Shown here: positions 1 through 10,516 of the stretch, piece after piece
Layout of the letters: each line of letters starts with the position of its first letter
How positions within the stretch are numbered: the stretch's first letter is position 1
Assembly (NCBI GenBank): GCA_002347565.1
Contig: DDXR01000038.1
Location: forward strand, 9,909-73,908
DNA from: a bacterium UBP2_UBA2255
GTDB lineage: Bacteria; Edwardsbacteria; AC1; EtOH8
Length of the DNA: 64,000 bases
Direction of reading: 5' to 3'
Notes under the pieces: generated by a model
What the model was told of the DNA's origin: nothing
Database searches by the model: none
What the model saw: only the letters and a program-made list of their open reading frames with translations
Position numbers and translations under genes: made by a program

Positions 1-403
1 GCCCCACGTGCAACGGCCCGGTGGGATTGACCGAGACGAACTCGACCTGGACCCTCTTGCCGTTGCCGATGTCCGATCGGCCATATCGGGGACCGAGGGC
101 CAGCAGCCCCGCCAATTCCCTGTAGAGCCAGCGCTGCGACAGCCGGAAGTTGATGAACCCCGGCCCGGCGATCTCGGTTTTCTCGACCAGATCGGGATCG
201 AGTTCCATGCCGGCGACGATGGCCTCGGCCAGCTGGCGCGGGTTCTCCCTGCGCTGCTTGGCCAGCGCCAGGGCGACGTTGGTCGACCAGTCGCCGTGCG
301 CGGCCTGCTTGGGCCGCTCGAAGCCGACCAGCGCGGGGTCGGCCTGCGCGCCGGCCCTTTGCAGGGCCCGCAGCGTCTGCTGTCGGAGATAATCCTTGAT
401 CAT
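1..403 (-). CDS. argS: arginine--tRNA ligase, N-terminal part (gene runs off the left window edge)
   Basis: Reverse-complement translation from the ATG at 403..401 reads MIKDYLRQQTLRALQRAGAQADPALVGFERPKQAAHGDWSTNVALALAKQRRENPRQLAEAIVAGMELDPDLVEKTEIAGPGFINFRLSQRWL..., a typical ArgRS N-terminal (Arg_tRNA_synt_N) sequence. Not in the ORF track because it is incomplete. Confidence 0.8.
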   Translation of the reverse strand, partial: MIKDYLRQQTLRALQRAGAQADPALVGFERPKQAAHGDWSTNVALALAKQRRENPRQLAEAIVAGMELDPDLVEKTEIAGPGFINFRLSQRWLYRELAGLLALGPRYGRSDIGNGKRVQVEFVSVNPTGPLHVG

Positions 404-449
404 CAATGCTGCGGCGAGAACAAGCTGGCGCTCCGTGCGGCTGACACCG

Positions 450-971
450 TCAGTCCTTCACCTCCTCGCGCGGCGCGTCGGCCCACAGGCCCTCCAGGTC
501 GTAGTAGTCGCGCACCCGCGGCTGCATCACGTGGACCACCACGTCGATGTAGTCCAGCAGCAGCCAGGTGCAGGAGGACTCGCCCTCGCGGTGCAGGGGT
601 CTGGCCCCCTGGGCCCGCAGTCCGTCCTCGACGGCGCGGCCGATGGCCCGCACCTGGATCTCGGTGGCGCCGGACGCGATCACGAAGTAATCGGTGGCCG
701 ATGACACCTGCCGCACGTCCATGACCACCACGTCGAACGCCTTCTTGGACAGCGCCAGCTCTGCCGCCCGGCGCGCCAGGCGGCGCGACAGCTCCGGACC
801 GAGCTTCTTCGGCCGGGGGGCGGCCGTTTTCTTCCTGGCCGGGGCCTTGGCCCTGGCGGGCGCGGGCTTCGACCCGGCCTTAAAACGGGAGGCCGGGGAA
901 CCCTTTTTTCTTCGGAGCGAGGTAGTCGTTGCCAATGATGACTGTGACCTCCAATAGTGAAGTTGGCTCAA
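450..971 (-). CDS. rsfS: ribosomal silencing factor RsfS (Iojap) with a Lys/Ala/Pro-rich N-terminal extension; true start uncertain
   Basis: C-terminal 100 aa FDVVVMDVRQVSSATDYFVIASGATEIQVRAIGRAVEDGLR...VVHVMQPRVRDYYDLEGLW matches RsfS. No ATG/GTG/TTG lies between the end of the upstream gene (880) and the conserved core, so the 173-aa form overlapping the LytR_C gene by ~90 nt may be real. Confidence 0.75.
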   Translation of the reverse strand: MSQLHYWRSQSSLATTTSLRRKKGSPASRFKAGSKPAPARAKAPARKKTAAPRPKKLGPELSRRLARRAAELALSKKAFDVVVMDVRQVSSATDYFVIASGATEIQVRAIGRAVEDGLRAQGARPLHREGESSCTWLLLDYIDVVVHVMQPRVRDYYDLEGLWADAPREEVKD

Positions 972-1338
972 GTTGCGGCAGGATGTTCCTGCAGCCCAGC
1001 GCCCGGGCCACCAGGACGGCGTTCTCGCGGGCGTTGTCGGCCCGGTCCACCACCACGGTCTCGGGGAAGCTGTCGTTCTCGGCGTTGGCGATGTTGACCA
1101 CGTCGAACCCGGCCTTGCGCAGCCGGTCGGTCACCGCCTGGGCCAGCCCCTCCTTGCGGGTGCCGTTGAGCACCTCCACCCGGATCTGGCGGATCTTCAT
1201 CTGGCGTTCGATGTCGCGGTTCTCCCTCCACCGCAGGTAGACTGACCCGCCGGTCACGGCGCAGACCATGACCAGCAGCAGGACGGCCGGCACCAGCCAT
1301 CTGCCCGTCGCGGATTTTTGCGTGCGTCTCGTCGGCAT
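880..1338 (-). CDS. LytR_C domain (LytR/CpsA/Psr C-terminal) membrane-anchored protein
   Basis: N-terminal TM helix (WLVPAVLLLVMVCAVTG) followed by a LytR_C-like domain (IRVEVLNGTRKEGLAQAVTDRLRKAGFDVVNIANAE...TVVVDRADNARENAVLVARALG). Confidence 0.55.
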   Translation of the reverse strand: MPTRRTQKSATGRWLVPAVLLLVMVCAVTGGSVYLRWRENRDIERQMKIRQIRVEVLNGTRKEGLAQAVTDRLRKAGFDVVNIANAENDSFPETVVVDRADNARENAVLVARALGCRNILPQLEPTSLLEVTVIIGNDYLAPKKKGFPGLPF

Positions 1339-1359
1339 CGTGGATGGATCAACTTCTGT

Positions 1360-1971
1360 TCAGCGGCTCCACAGCTCAACGACCCGGCGGTCGCGCATGG
1401 CGGGCACCGAGTAGGTGGTCCGCACCACGATCGCCGGCCGCCGCACCGCCAAGGCGGTCACCCGCAGGGCGACGTCGCGGTCGGCGGGGACCTCGGCGAC
1501 GACGGCGCCGCTGGCGGCGTCGGCGAACCGCCGCCGGGAGGTGTCCGGCGGCGCGCTAGTGCGCGGCAGGACGACGCGGCGCACGCCGCCCACGCGCATC
1601 CCGGCCACGCAGGGGAAGAAGTACGGCGGCACCTCGCCCGAGGCCACCATGCAGGGGATGCCGCCCAGGCGCCCCGGGTTCAGCGGCGGGTAGAGGAAGC
1701 TGATGTCCCCGGATCGGACGACCGCGTCCCGGTCGCCCAGCACCTCGATCCGCATCGTGATCCGCCTCCCGTGCTGGACCACCCGGCCCTTCCCGACCGC
1801 CAGCTCGACCGGCCCGAACGATGCCGGCCCCTCCTCGCTCTCGGAGAACGCCACCGCCTGGCGGGGCCCGAGGTCGCCGATGTCGGGCCAGCCGTCGACG
1901 CGGGACACGCTGCAGCCGGCACCCAGCAGGGCCGCGGCCAGCAGCAGGGGGATCATCGCCATCCTCGGCAT
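1360..1971 (-). CDS. FKBP-type peptidyl-prolyl cis-trans isomerase lipoprotein
   Basis: Signal peptide plus lipobox (LLGAGCS). The FKBP motif SGDISFLYPP...VAGMRVGGVRRVVLP matches FKBP V-x-GW-EG-LxGMKVGxKRxLxIP. Confidence 0.6.
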   Translation of the reverse strand: MPRMAMIPLLLAAALLGAGCSVSRVDGWPDIGDLGPRQAVAFSESEEGPASFGPVELAVGKGRVVQHGRRITMRIEVLGDRDAVVRSGDISFLYPPLNPGRLGGIPCMVASGEVPPYFFPCVAGMRVGGVRRVVLPRTSAPPDTSRRRFADAASGAVVAEVPADRDVALRVTALAVRRPAIVVRTTYSVPAMRDRRVVELWSR

Positions 1972-1975
1972 CAGA

Positions 1976-2887
1976 TCAGCCCCACAGCCGAGCCGGGTAC
2001 GCGCCCGCCGCCACCAGCCGGGCGATGGCCGCGGCCACCGCCGCCCTGTCCTGTTGGTAGGTGACGCCGAACCAGCGGTCGTCAGTGGGCAGCACCGCCA
2101 CCGCGGCCTTGTCCTCGCGCACCAGCCCGTCGACCACGCCGGGAAGGTAGTATTCGGGCTTGAGCGGGTCGGGCATCGTCCGCAGGAACTCGGGAAACCG
2201 CCGCTCCAACTCGTGCATGAACCCGGGGGTGAAGCCCCACAGGTTCATCGATACCGGCGTTCCGCGGGGGATGGCATGCCAGGACTCGCCGTCCTCGGTG
2301 TAGCGGGCCTCGCCGTCGAAGGACTGGATCCTGGTGCGCTCGGTGATGCCCGCCAGGTTGCCGTCCGCGTCGACCGTGCAGACACCGCGGGCCACGTGGC
2401 CGTGCTCGGTCAGGGTGTTCTCCACCGGGTAGCCCACCATGGCGTAGCGGCATTTCGCGTCGTCGCGCGCGTCGCGCAGGAAGCCCGCGATCGCCTGGAA
2501 CGACCGCCGGCCGTAGAAGTCGTCGCCGTTGATCACCGCGAACGGGCCGTCGACGTCATGTCGTGCCGCCAAGGCGGCATGGCCCGTGCCCCACGGCCTG
2601 GTCCGGCCGGCCGGGACCGCGAACCCGGCGGGCAGGTCGGCCAGCTCCTGGAAGGCGTAGCGCACCTCGACCGCCCGCTCCGCCTTGGCGCCGACCCGCT
2701 CCCGGAAGACGGATTCGATCTGGCGGGTGATCACGAACACCACCCGGCCGAACCCCGCGCGCACCGCGTCGTACAGCGAGTACTCGATCAGGATCTCGCC
2801 GGCCGGCCCCACCGGGTCGACCTGCTTGAGGCCCCCGTAGCGGCTGCCGATGCCGGCCGCCATCACCACCAGGGCCGGGGCGCTCAC
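1976..2887 (-). CDS. sugar-phosphate nucleotidyltransferase (NTP_transferase family)
   Basis: N-terminal MAAGIGSRYGG is the G-x-G-t-R nucleotide-binding loop. GTG start overlaps the panD stop (GTGA). Confidence 0.6.
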   Translation of the reverse strand: MSAPALVVMAAGIGSRYGGLKQVDPVGPAGEILIEYSLYDAVRAGFGRVVFVITRQIESVFRERVGAKAERAVEVRYAFQELADLPAGFAVPAGRTRPWGTGHAALAARHDVDGPFAVINGDDFYGRRSFQAIAGFLRDARDDAKCRYAMVGYPVENTLTEHGHVARGVCTVDADGNLAGITERTRIQSFDGEARYTEDGESWHAIPRGTPVSMNLWGFTPGFMHELERRFPEFLRTMPDPLKPEYYLPGVVDGLVREDKAAVAVLPTDDRWFGVTYQQDRAAVAAAIARLVAAGAYPARLWG

Positions 2888-3246
2888 AGCTTGGTCTTCT
2901 TGCTGATGCGGTTGCGCTCGTCCACGCAGACGATCCTGGGTTTGTGCCGCTTCGCCTGGGCGGTGGACAGCCAGCAGGACGAGATGATGATCACCTTGTC
3001 GCCCGGCATCCCCAGCCGCGCCGCCGCGCCGTTGAGGGTGATCACGCCCGACCCGGCCCGGCCCCGGATGGCGTAGGTCTCGAAGCGGTTCCCGTTGTTG
3101 ACGTTCACCACCTGCACGATCTCGTTGGGGAAGATGTCGGCCGCGGCCAGCAGCTTCTCGTCGACCGAGATCGAGCCCTCGTAGTGCAGGTTGACGTCGG
3201 TCAGCGTGGCCCGGTGGATCTTGGACTTGCAGAGGATTCTAAGCAT
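2884..3246 (-). CDS. panD: aspartate 1-decarboxylase
   Basis: MLRILCKSKIHRATLTDVNLHYEGSISVD...FETYAIRGRAGSGVITLNGAAARL closely matches PanD, including the YEGS pyruvoyl-forming serine. Confidence 0.93.
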   Translation of the reverse strand: MLRILCKSKIHRATLTDVNLHYEGSISVDEKLLAAADIFPNEIVQVVNVNNGNRFETYAIRGRAGSGVITLNGAAARLGMPGDKVIIISSCWLSTAQAKRHKPRIVCVDERNRISKKTKL

Positions 3247-3827
3247 TATCTGTTCCTACTAGCGATTACTACTTTCCAGTTCTTTATAAAATCATCTTCT
3301 ACCGAGTCGTTACTATAATGCCGAAGAATCATCATTGCGATAAAATATATAACTGCAAAAGAATAATGAATGTTCCATCCAACCAGATAGATCAAAGACA
3401 GTTTATAACAGCATAGTAAAACTAAAGGGTATATTGAAATTATTATCCCTAAAATCAGAAACAGCGCGGTCTGAGAATATGTGTACATTTTGATCGTGAA
3501 TTTACTTCTGTAGTTTCTCCAATCAATCTCCCAATTCGATTTTCTTGCAGCAATGAGGTACGAACTAAGTATACGTAAGTTAATCTTCATATTACAACTT
3601 AACCAATATATCATGCCGAGAAGTATGTATAAAAAAGTCGTGACAAAGAAAACATAGTTGTGTATTGATTGGTTTTCATTTATCAAAGCCTTCGGCGTTA
3701 CCCATGCTAGGACCACGCAGACAGCACTAATAGCAGCTGTAGATAATGCTACTCTCTGATTTACTAATTGAAGTATTTCCCCATGTACTTTCGCTATATC
3801 ACCAGCTTGTTTTGGATCTGTTGGCAT
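3246..3827 (-). CDS. hypothetical low-GC polytopic membrane protein (about 4 TM), embedded in the pan operon
   Basis: 582-nt ORF of ~30% GC in a ~68% GC genome, using AT-rich codons (AGA, ATA, TTA) and encoding several hydrophobic helices. It starts 8 nt after the panC stop and its stop overlaps the panD ATG by 1 nt (TAATG). I recognise no family. Confidence 0.55.
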   Translation of the reverse strand: MPTDPKQAGDIAKVHGEILQLVNQRVALSTAAISAVCVVLAWVTPKALINENQSIHNYVFFVTTFLYILLGMIYWLSCNMKINLRILSSYLIAARKSNWEIDWRNYRSKFTIKMYTYSQTALFLILGIIISIYPLVLLCCYKLSLIYLVGWNIHYSFAVIYFIAMMILRHYSNDSVEDDFIKNWKVVIASRNR

Positions 3828-3835
3828 TGAAACAC

Positions 3836-4678
3836 CTAAATAATAATATTGTCTATCAACCGTGCGCTGGAGAACCTCACCGCCAGCGCGACTAGTGTAT
3901 CGCCCGTGATCTTCTTGACAGGTTCGAGCGTCCGGTTGTCCACGATCCCGATGTAGTCGACCTCGCCCAGAGGCGCCTCGCGTGCGAGCATTTTCGTCAT
4001 TTCACGTTTCACCATTCCCGCTTCACGCCGGCCCGACCGCGCCAGCCATTTCGCCAGGTTGAGCGCATGATAGAGCGCCGGGGCCTGGGCCCGCTCGGCC
4101 GGCGTCAAGTAGGCGTTGCGCGAGCTCATCGCCAGGCCGTCCTTCTCCCGCACGATCGGGCCGACCACGAACTTCACCGGGAAGTCCAGGTCCCGCGCCA
4201 TCTGCCTGATCACCGCGGCCTGCTGGGCGTCCTTCTGGCCGAACACGGCGACGTCCGGACGCACCATGTTGAACAATTTCGAGACGACGGTGGCCACGCC
4301 CCGGAAATGCCCGGGCCGCGATGCGCCGCACAGCCCATCGGTCAGTCGTTCGACCGTGACGTACGTGCGGTAATCGTCGGGATAGACGTCCTGGACCCGG
4401 GGCGCGAAAATGAGGTCCGCGCCGGCGGTGCTGCACAGCGCCGCATCGCGCTGCAGCTCGCGCGGGTATTTCTTGAGATCCTCCTTGGGCCCGAACTGGG
4501 CCGGGTTGACGAAGATCGAGACCACGACGAACTCCGACGTGCGCTTCGCCAGCCGGATCAGCGAGAGGTGCCCCTGGTGCAGCGCGCCCATGGTCGGCAC
4601 CAAGCCGATGCCGCGGCCCTTTATTCGCTGCGCGGCGACCAGTTGTCGGAGCCGGGGGATCGTCTTAACGATCTTCAT
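3836..4678 (-). CDS. panC: pantoate--beta-alanine ligase
   Basis: LVPTMGALHQGHLSLIRLAK (HxGH), FVNPAQFGP, GHFRGVATVVSKLFN and VFGQKDAQQ are PanC signatures. Confidence 0.93.
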   Translation of the reverse strand: MKIVKTIPRLRQLVAAQRIKGRGIGLVPTMGALHQGHLSLIRLAKRTSEFVVVSIFVNPAQFGPKEDLKKYPRELQRDAALCSTAGADLIFAPRVQDVYPDDYRTYVTVERLTDGLCGASRPGHFRGVATVVSKLFNMVRPDVAVFGQKDAQQAAVIRQMARDLDFPVKFVVGPIVREKDGLAMSSRNAYLTPAERAQAPALYHALNLAKWLARSGRREAGMVKREMTKMLAREAPLGEVDYIGIVDNRTLEPVKKITGDTLVALAVRFSSARLIDNIII

Positions 4679-4756
4679 TTTCTTCACACAAAGACACTGA
4701 GACACAAAGGAAAACCCGTGATGGTCTTGGCGTCTTCGCGTCTTGGCGTTCGGTGG

Positions 4757-5569
4757 TTATTCCTCGTCGGAGAAGCTCTCGGCCATCGACGGGAACGCGC
4801 CCTGGCGCACATCGTCGATGTACGACGTGTAGGCACCGCGCATGGCCTTGGCGATGTCGGCGTACTTGCGCACGAACTTGGGCGTGAAGTCCTCGAACCG
4901 GCCGTCCATGTCGTCCACCACCAGGATCTGCCCGTCGCAGTGCGGCCCGGCGCCGATGCCGATGGTGGGGATGGCCAGCGCCTCTGTCACCTTTTTCGCG
5001 ACCTGGTGCGGGATCTTCTCCAGCACGATGGCGAAGCAGCCCGCCGCCTCCAGCGCCTTGGCCGCGGTCAGCAGGCGCTCGGCCGACTCCTTGTCGCGGG
5101 CCTGCAGCTTGTATCCGCCGAACTTGTGCACCGACTGCGGGGTCAGGCCCAGGTGGCCCATCACCGGGATGCCGCGCTCCACCAGGTTCTTGACGATCGG
5201 CGCCGCCACCCGGCCGCCCTCCAGCTTGACCGCCTCGGCCCCGGACTCCTTGAGGAATTTTCCGGCGTTGAGCGCGGCGTCGGCGATCGAGGTCTGGTAC
5301 GACAGGAACGGCATGTCGGCCACCACCAGCGCCCGCTTGACGCCCCGCTTGACGGCCGCGGTGTGGTAGAGCATGGCCTCCATGGTGATCGGCAGGGTGT
5401 TCTCGTAGCCGGCGAACACCATCGCCGCCGAGTCGCCCACCAGGATCATGTCGATGCCGCACTGGTCCAGCATCCGGGCGGTGAGGTAGTCGTACGCGGT
5501 CAGGGAGGCGATCTTCCGCCCCTGTTGCTTCATCCTGATCAGCGTGCTGGTGGTGACCTTGTCGCTCAT
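4757..5569 (-). CDS. panB: 3-methyl-2-oxobutanoate hydroxymethyltransferase
   Basis: KIASLTAYDYLTARMLDQCGIDMILVGDSAAMV...GIPVMGHLGLTPQS...AGCFAIVLEKIP matches PanB; start taken at MSDKV. Confidence 0.93.
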   Translation of the reverse strand: MSDKVTTSTLIRMKQQGRKIASLTAYDYLTARMLDQCGIDMILVGDSAAMVFAGYENTLPITMEAMLYHTAAVKRGVKRALVVADMPFLSYQTSIADAALNAGKFLKESGAEAVKLEGGRVAAPIVKNLVERGIPVMGHLGLTPQSVHKFGGYKLQARDKESAERLLTAAKALEAAGCFAIVLEKIPHQVAKKVTEALAIPTIGIGAGPHCDGQILVVDDMDGRFEDFTPKFVRKYADIAKAMRGAYTSYIDDVRQGAFPSMAESFSDEE

Positions 5570-5729
5570 GGTCTGATCCGATCTTCTTTCGGACAAATGC
5601 ACGGCTGCACATCAGCGCGGGACGATGTTTACTGACGCCCCGCCATTCATAACCGATAAAGGATACACTAAAAACCGCGAAAAATCAAGCGAAAACGGGG
5701 AGTCCAAGTCCCGACGGATGAAGTGTTTA

Positions 5730-5758
5730 TTGACATTCCGACCGACATTGTGTATCAT
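5730..5758 (+). promoter_or_regulatory. sigma70-like promoter for trxB: TTGACA, 17-nt spacer, TATCAT
   Basis: ttgaca (5730-5735), ttccgaccgacattgtg, tatcat (5753-5758), about 30 nt upstream of the trxB ATG at 5790. Confidence 0.5.
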
Positions 5759-5789
5759 ACGATTCACATCAACACCCGAAAAGGCGATA

Positions 5790-6803
5790 ATGGAACTCAC
5801 CTCCCTCAACCTCTCGCTGGACGCGCTGCGGCAGACGGACTTCCCGGCCGTCGCGCCCGGCGGCGCGTACGACCTGGCCATCGTCGGCGGCGGGCCGGCC
5901 GGCCTGACCGCGGGCATCTACGCGGCCCGCAAGCGGGTCCCCGCGATCATGGTGACGCACGACCTGGGCGGCCAGGTGCTGTGGACATCGTCGGTGGAGA
6001 ACTACCCGGGCTACAACCTGGTGCAGGGCCGCGACCTGGTGGAGAAGTTCAAGGCCCAGGTGGCGCAGTTCCCCATCGCGGTGGCCCAGGGCCAGCGGGT
6101 GGCGCGGATCGAACCGCAGAACGGCCGCTTTCGGATCGTCACGGAATCAGGCGTGGAGCACTTCTCCCAAGCGGTATTGCTGGCGACGGGCAAGCGCTAC
6201 CGCAGCCTGGGCGTGCCCGGGGAGAAGGAACTGATCGGCCGCGGCGTGGCCTACTGCGCCACCTGCGACGCGCCGCTGTTCCAGGACAAAACCGCCGCCG
6301 TGGTCGGCGGCGGCAACTCGGCGCTGACTTCGGCGGGCGACCTCTTGAAGTACGCGGCCAAGGTCTACGTCATCAGCAACATGGCGGCGCTGAGCGGCGA
6401 CGCGGTGCTGCAGGAGCCGCTACGGAAATCCGGCAAGGTCGAGTTCCTGATGAGCACCACGGTGCTGGAGATCCACGGCACGGACAAGGTCGAGTCGATC
6501 ACCGTTTCGAACGGCGCGAACGACGGACAACGAACAATAGCCGTATCGGGCGTGTTCGTGGAGATCGGGCTGATCCCGAACAGCGAGCCGTTCCGGGACC
6601 TGGTCGACCTCAACCAGCGCGGGGAGATCGTCGTCGACTGCGCCTGTCGCACCTCGCGTCCCGGCGTGTTCGCGGCCGGGGACGTCACCACCGTGCCGGC
6701 CAAGCAGATCGTGGTGGCGGCCGGCGAGGGCGCCAAGGCCGCGCTGACGGCGTTCGACTGGCTGGCGCGGGGCGGGCCGCCGCAGGCCGCGGGCGAGCCG
6801 TGA
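5790..6803 (+). CDS. trxB: thioredoxin-disulfide reductase-like flavoprotein
   Basis: GGGPAG FAD motif, CATCDAPLF redox-active CxxC, second NAD(P)-binding GGGNSA and C-terminal GDVT. Start moved to MELTS at 5790 behind the predicted promoter. Confidence 0.85.
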   Translation: MELTSLNLSLDALRQTDFPAVAPGGAYDLAIVGGGPAGLTAGIYAARKRVPAIMVTHDLGGQVLWTSSVENYPGYNLVQGRDLVEKFKAQVAQFPIAVAQGQRVARIEPQNGRFRIVTESGVEHFSQAVLLATGKRYRSLGVPGEKELIGRGVAYCATCDAPLFQDKTAAVVGGGNSALTSAGDLLKYAAKVYVISNMAALSGDAVLQEPLRKSGKVEFLMSTTVLEIHGTDKVESITVSNGANDGQRTIAVSGVFVEIGLIPNSEPFRDLVDLNQRGEIVVDCACRTSRPGVFAAGDVTTVPAKQIVVAAGEGAKAALTAFDWLARGGPPQAAGEP

Positions 6804-6816
6804 CCGTCCCAGAATT

Positions 6817-6850
6817 AAAGTGGGGACATGGCGCGCCATGTCCCCACTTT
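6817..6850. terminator. bidirectional rho-independent terminator between convergent trxB and asnS
   Basis: Perfect palindrome AAAGTGGGGACATGGCGCGCCATGTCCCCACTTT (15-bp stem) followed by tcgttt on the plus strand. Confidence 0.6.
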
Positions 6851-6882
6851 TCGTTTCCAGACCCGTCGGGTCCGGCGGCATG

Positions 6883-8181
<1,299 letters not shown>

Positions 8182-8230
8182 GATGCGCTCGCTTTCGGAT
8201 GTCGGTTCGATGGCACCGCACGACGCCGGG

Positions 8231-8944
8231 CTACCGCAGGAACTTCCACACCAGGTAGATCGTGGCCCCCCAGGCGCCCAGGCCGTGGCAGATGGCCGCG
8301 GCCCACACGTTCCCGGTCCGGTGGGTCAGCCCGGCGAACAGCAGGCCGCCGAGGAACACGCTGGCCACCAGCGGAACACCGGCCGCCGACGGCATCAGGT
8401 AGCCGACCGTCGTGCAATGGTAGGCCGTGAACAGCAGCGAGGACAGCGCCACCTTCCGTCCCGGGCCGTACCGCTGCTCCAGCAGGCCCTGCAGGCCGCC
8501 CCGCCAGTACATCTCCTCGCCCGCCGGCAGCACCACGGCCACGAACAGGAAGAACAGCCAGAAGTTGTACCGCAGCGCCTGGCTGTCGCGCAGCCGCTGG
8601 GCACAGACCTGCAGCATGTTGCCCGGCATCGCCTGCTGGAAAAAGATGTGGCCGGCGCCGACGATGGCGATGGCGACCGCGGCGGCAGCGGCCAGCCCCC
8701 AACCGGCGGTTTTGAGCCAGGATCCCGGGCGGACCTTGACCCGGCGCCACAGCCCGAACGCCGTCAGCGACCAATAGGCCCCGCCGTAGAACACGATCGC
8801 CGACAGCGCGATCGCCGCCCAGCTGTCGTGGAGGATCCACAGCGCGACCCAGTTGACCAGCGCCGGCGCCAGTGTCAGCGCGGCCAGCAGGGCGGCCAGG
8901 GCCGGACCGGACGGCGCGCGCCGCCTACTCGCCGGCGGCTTCAT
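8231..8944 (-). CDS. CPBP family intramembrane glutamic endopeptidase (CAAX protease-like)
   Basis: EEMYWRG (EExxxR), FTAYH (FxxxH) and ICHG motifs in a polytopic membrane protein. Confidence 0.75.
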   Translation of the reverse strand: MKPPASRRRAPSGPALAALLAALTLAPALVNWVALWILHDSWAAIALSAIVFYGGAYWSLTAFGLWRRVKVRPGSWLKTAGWGLAAAAAVAIAIVGAGHIFFQQAMPGNMLQVCAQRLRDSQALRYNFWLFFLFVAVVLPAGEEMYWRGGLQGLLEQRYGPGRKVALSSLLFTAYHCTTVGYLMPSAAGVPLVASVFLGGLLFAGLTHRTGNVWAAAICHGLGAWGATIYLVWKFLR

Positions 8945-9560
8945 GCCAGCGCGCCTCCAGCAGGGCCCGGGGATCGAAGTAATGCCGCTCCAGCAGGGCG
9001 CGGTCGTGGCACTCCAGGGCCCTGGTGGCGAACCGCCGCCGGGGCAGTCCGGGGTCGGGCGGCAGCGCGGTCGGCGGGGTGCGCATTATCTCGAAATGCA
9101 GGTGGTCGAACTGGTGGCCATGGCGGTCGAGTTCCCCAAGGTTCAGGAAGCGGGCGATCGGCACCAGCGGCGACACCGTGTCGCCCGGTGCGACCGCGAT
9201 CCCTGCCACGTGCTCGTAGACAGACCACACCCCCCGCCCGTCCGGCAGCCGGTGTTCGACGATCACCTGGGCGAATGGACCGTCGTCTCGCACGCTGACG
9301 ACCACGCCCGGCGCCGCGGGAAAAACCGGCTCCTCCCCGCCGGAGCCCCGCGGACGGCGGATGTCCACCCCGGTGTGGAGGTGCGCCGGTATCTTCGGTC
9401 GGGCTCGGCGCTCGATGCCGAACCGTCCGATGGGCGTCAGCCGCACCTCGCTCCAGCACCGGCGGTCGGCCGCGTTGATCGGCAGCAGCCACCCGTCGCC
9501 CGCGGCGGCGGCGGCCAGGGATGCCAGCGCGGCAGCAGCCGCGATGCGGCGCGTATTCAT
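8925..9560 (-). CDS. M23 family metallopeptidase (secreted)
   Basis: HLHTGVDI (HxxxD) and HLHFEI (HxH) motifs plus a signal peptide. The ATG at 9560 overlaps the dusB stop (ATGA); the upstream part of the 501-aa listed ORF is a read-through artefact. Confidence 0.75.
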   Translation of the reverse strand: MNTRRIAAAAALASLAAAAAGDGWLLPINAADRRCWSEVRLTPIGRFGIERRARPKIPAHLHTGVDIRRPRGSGGEEPVFPAAPGVVVSVRDDGPFAQVIVEHRLPDGRGVWSVYEHVAGIAVAPGDTVSPLVPIARFLNLGELDRHGHQFDHLHFEIMRTPPTALPPDPGLPRRRFATRALECHDRALLERHYFDPRALLEARWHEAAGE

Positions 9561-10516
9561 CCGGCCAGGCGCTCCAGCAATTCGAACACCTGCCGCCGCG
9601 TCGCCGCCGACATGATGTCGCGGCGGGCGTGGGCCGCGCCATCGATCCCCCTGATGTACCAGCCCAGGTGCTTCCGCATCTCGCGGACGGCCCTGGTCTC
9701 GCCCTTGTCGGCGATCATCAGGTCGAAATGCTCCCGGATGGCGTCCAGCCGCAGCGGCCAGGGAACCGGCACGCCCGGCGCCGCGCGTTCCGCCGCGGCA
9801 GCGACCTCGGTGAACAGCCAGGGGTTGCCCAGCGCTGCCCGGCCGGCCATCACCAGGTCGCACCCGGTCTCGGCGAGCATTCGCCGGGCGTCGGCGCCGG
9901 AGCGGACATCGCCGTTGCCGATCACCGGGATGGACAACGCCCGCTTGACCCGGGCGATCACCCCCCAGTCGGCCGTGCCGGAGAATTTTTGCGAGGCGGC
10001 CCTGCCGTGGACCGTGACCGCCGCAACGCCGCACTGCTCCAGCAGCCGGGCGATCTCCGCAGCGTTCTCGGCGCCCACCTCCCACCCGGAGCGGATCTTG
10101 GCCAGCACCGGCCGGCCGGCGGCCGCGACCGCGGCCCGGGCGATGGCCTCGACCGCTCTCGGCTCCCGCAGCAGGGCCGACCCGCCGCCGTGCTTGACGA
10201 TCTTGGGCGCCGGACATCCGAAGTTCAGGTCGTAGCAGTCGGCGGCCAGCGGCTCCAGCCGGGCGATGGCGTCGGCGAAGGCCCCCGGTCTGGTGCCAAA
10301 CAGCTGGAGGACCACCGGCCGTTCTTCCTCCCGGAACGCCGCCATTCGCAGGGTCTTGCCATGGTCGCGGACCAGGGCCTCTGCCGCCAGCATCTCGGAC
10401 CACACCATCGCCGCGCCGCGCCGGCGGCACACCAGGCGGAACGGCGAGTCGGTGATGCCGGCCATGGGGGCCAGCACCGCCCGGCCGGAACCCGGGGGAG
10501 GGAACCGGCTACCCAT
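9557..10516 (-). CDS. dusB: tRNA-dihydrouridine synthase
   Basis: LAPMAGITDSPFR, CYDLNFGCPAPKIV and GNGDV are Dus family motifs. Confidence 0.88.
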   Translation of the reverse strand: MGSRFPPPGSGRAVLAPMAGITDSPFRLVCRRRGAAMVWSEMLAAEALVRDHGKTLRMAAFREEERPVVLQLFGTRPGAFADAIARLEPLAADCYDLNFGCPAPKIVKHGGGSALLREPRAVEAIARAAVAAAGRPVLAKIRSGWEVGAENAAEIARLLEQCGVAAVTVHGRAASQKFSGTADWGVIARVKRALSIPVIGNGDVRSGADARRMLAETGCDLVMAGRAALGNPWLFTEVAAAAERAAPGVPVPWPLRLDAIREHFDLMIADKGETRAVREMRKHLGWYIRGIDGAAHARRDIMSAATRRQVFELLERLAG

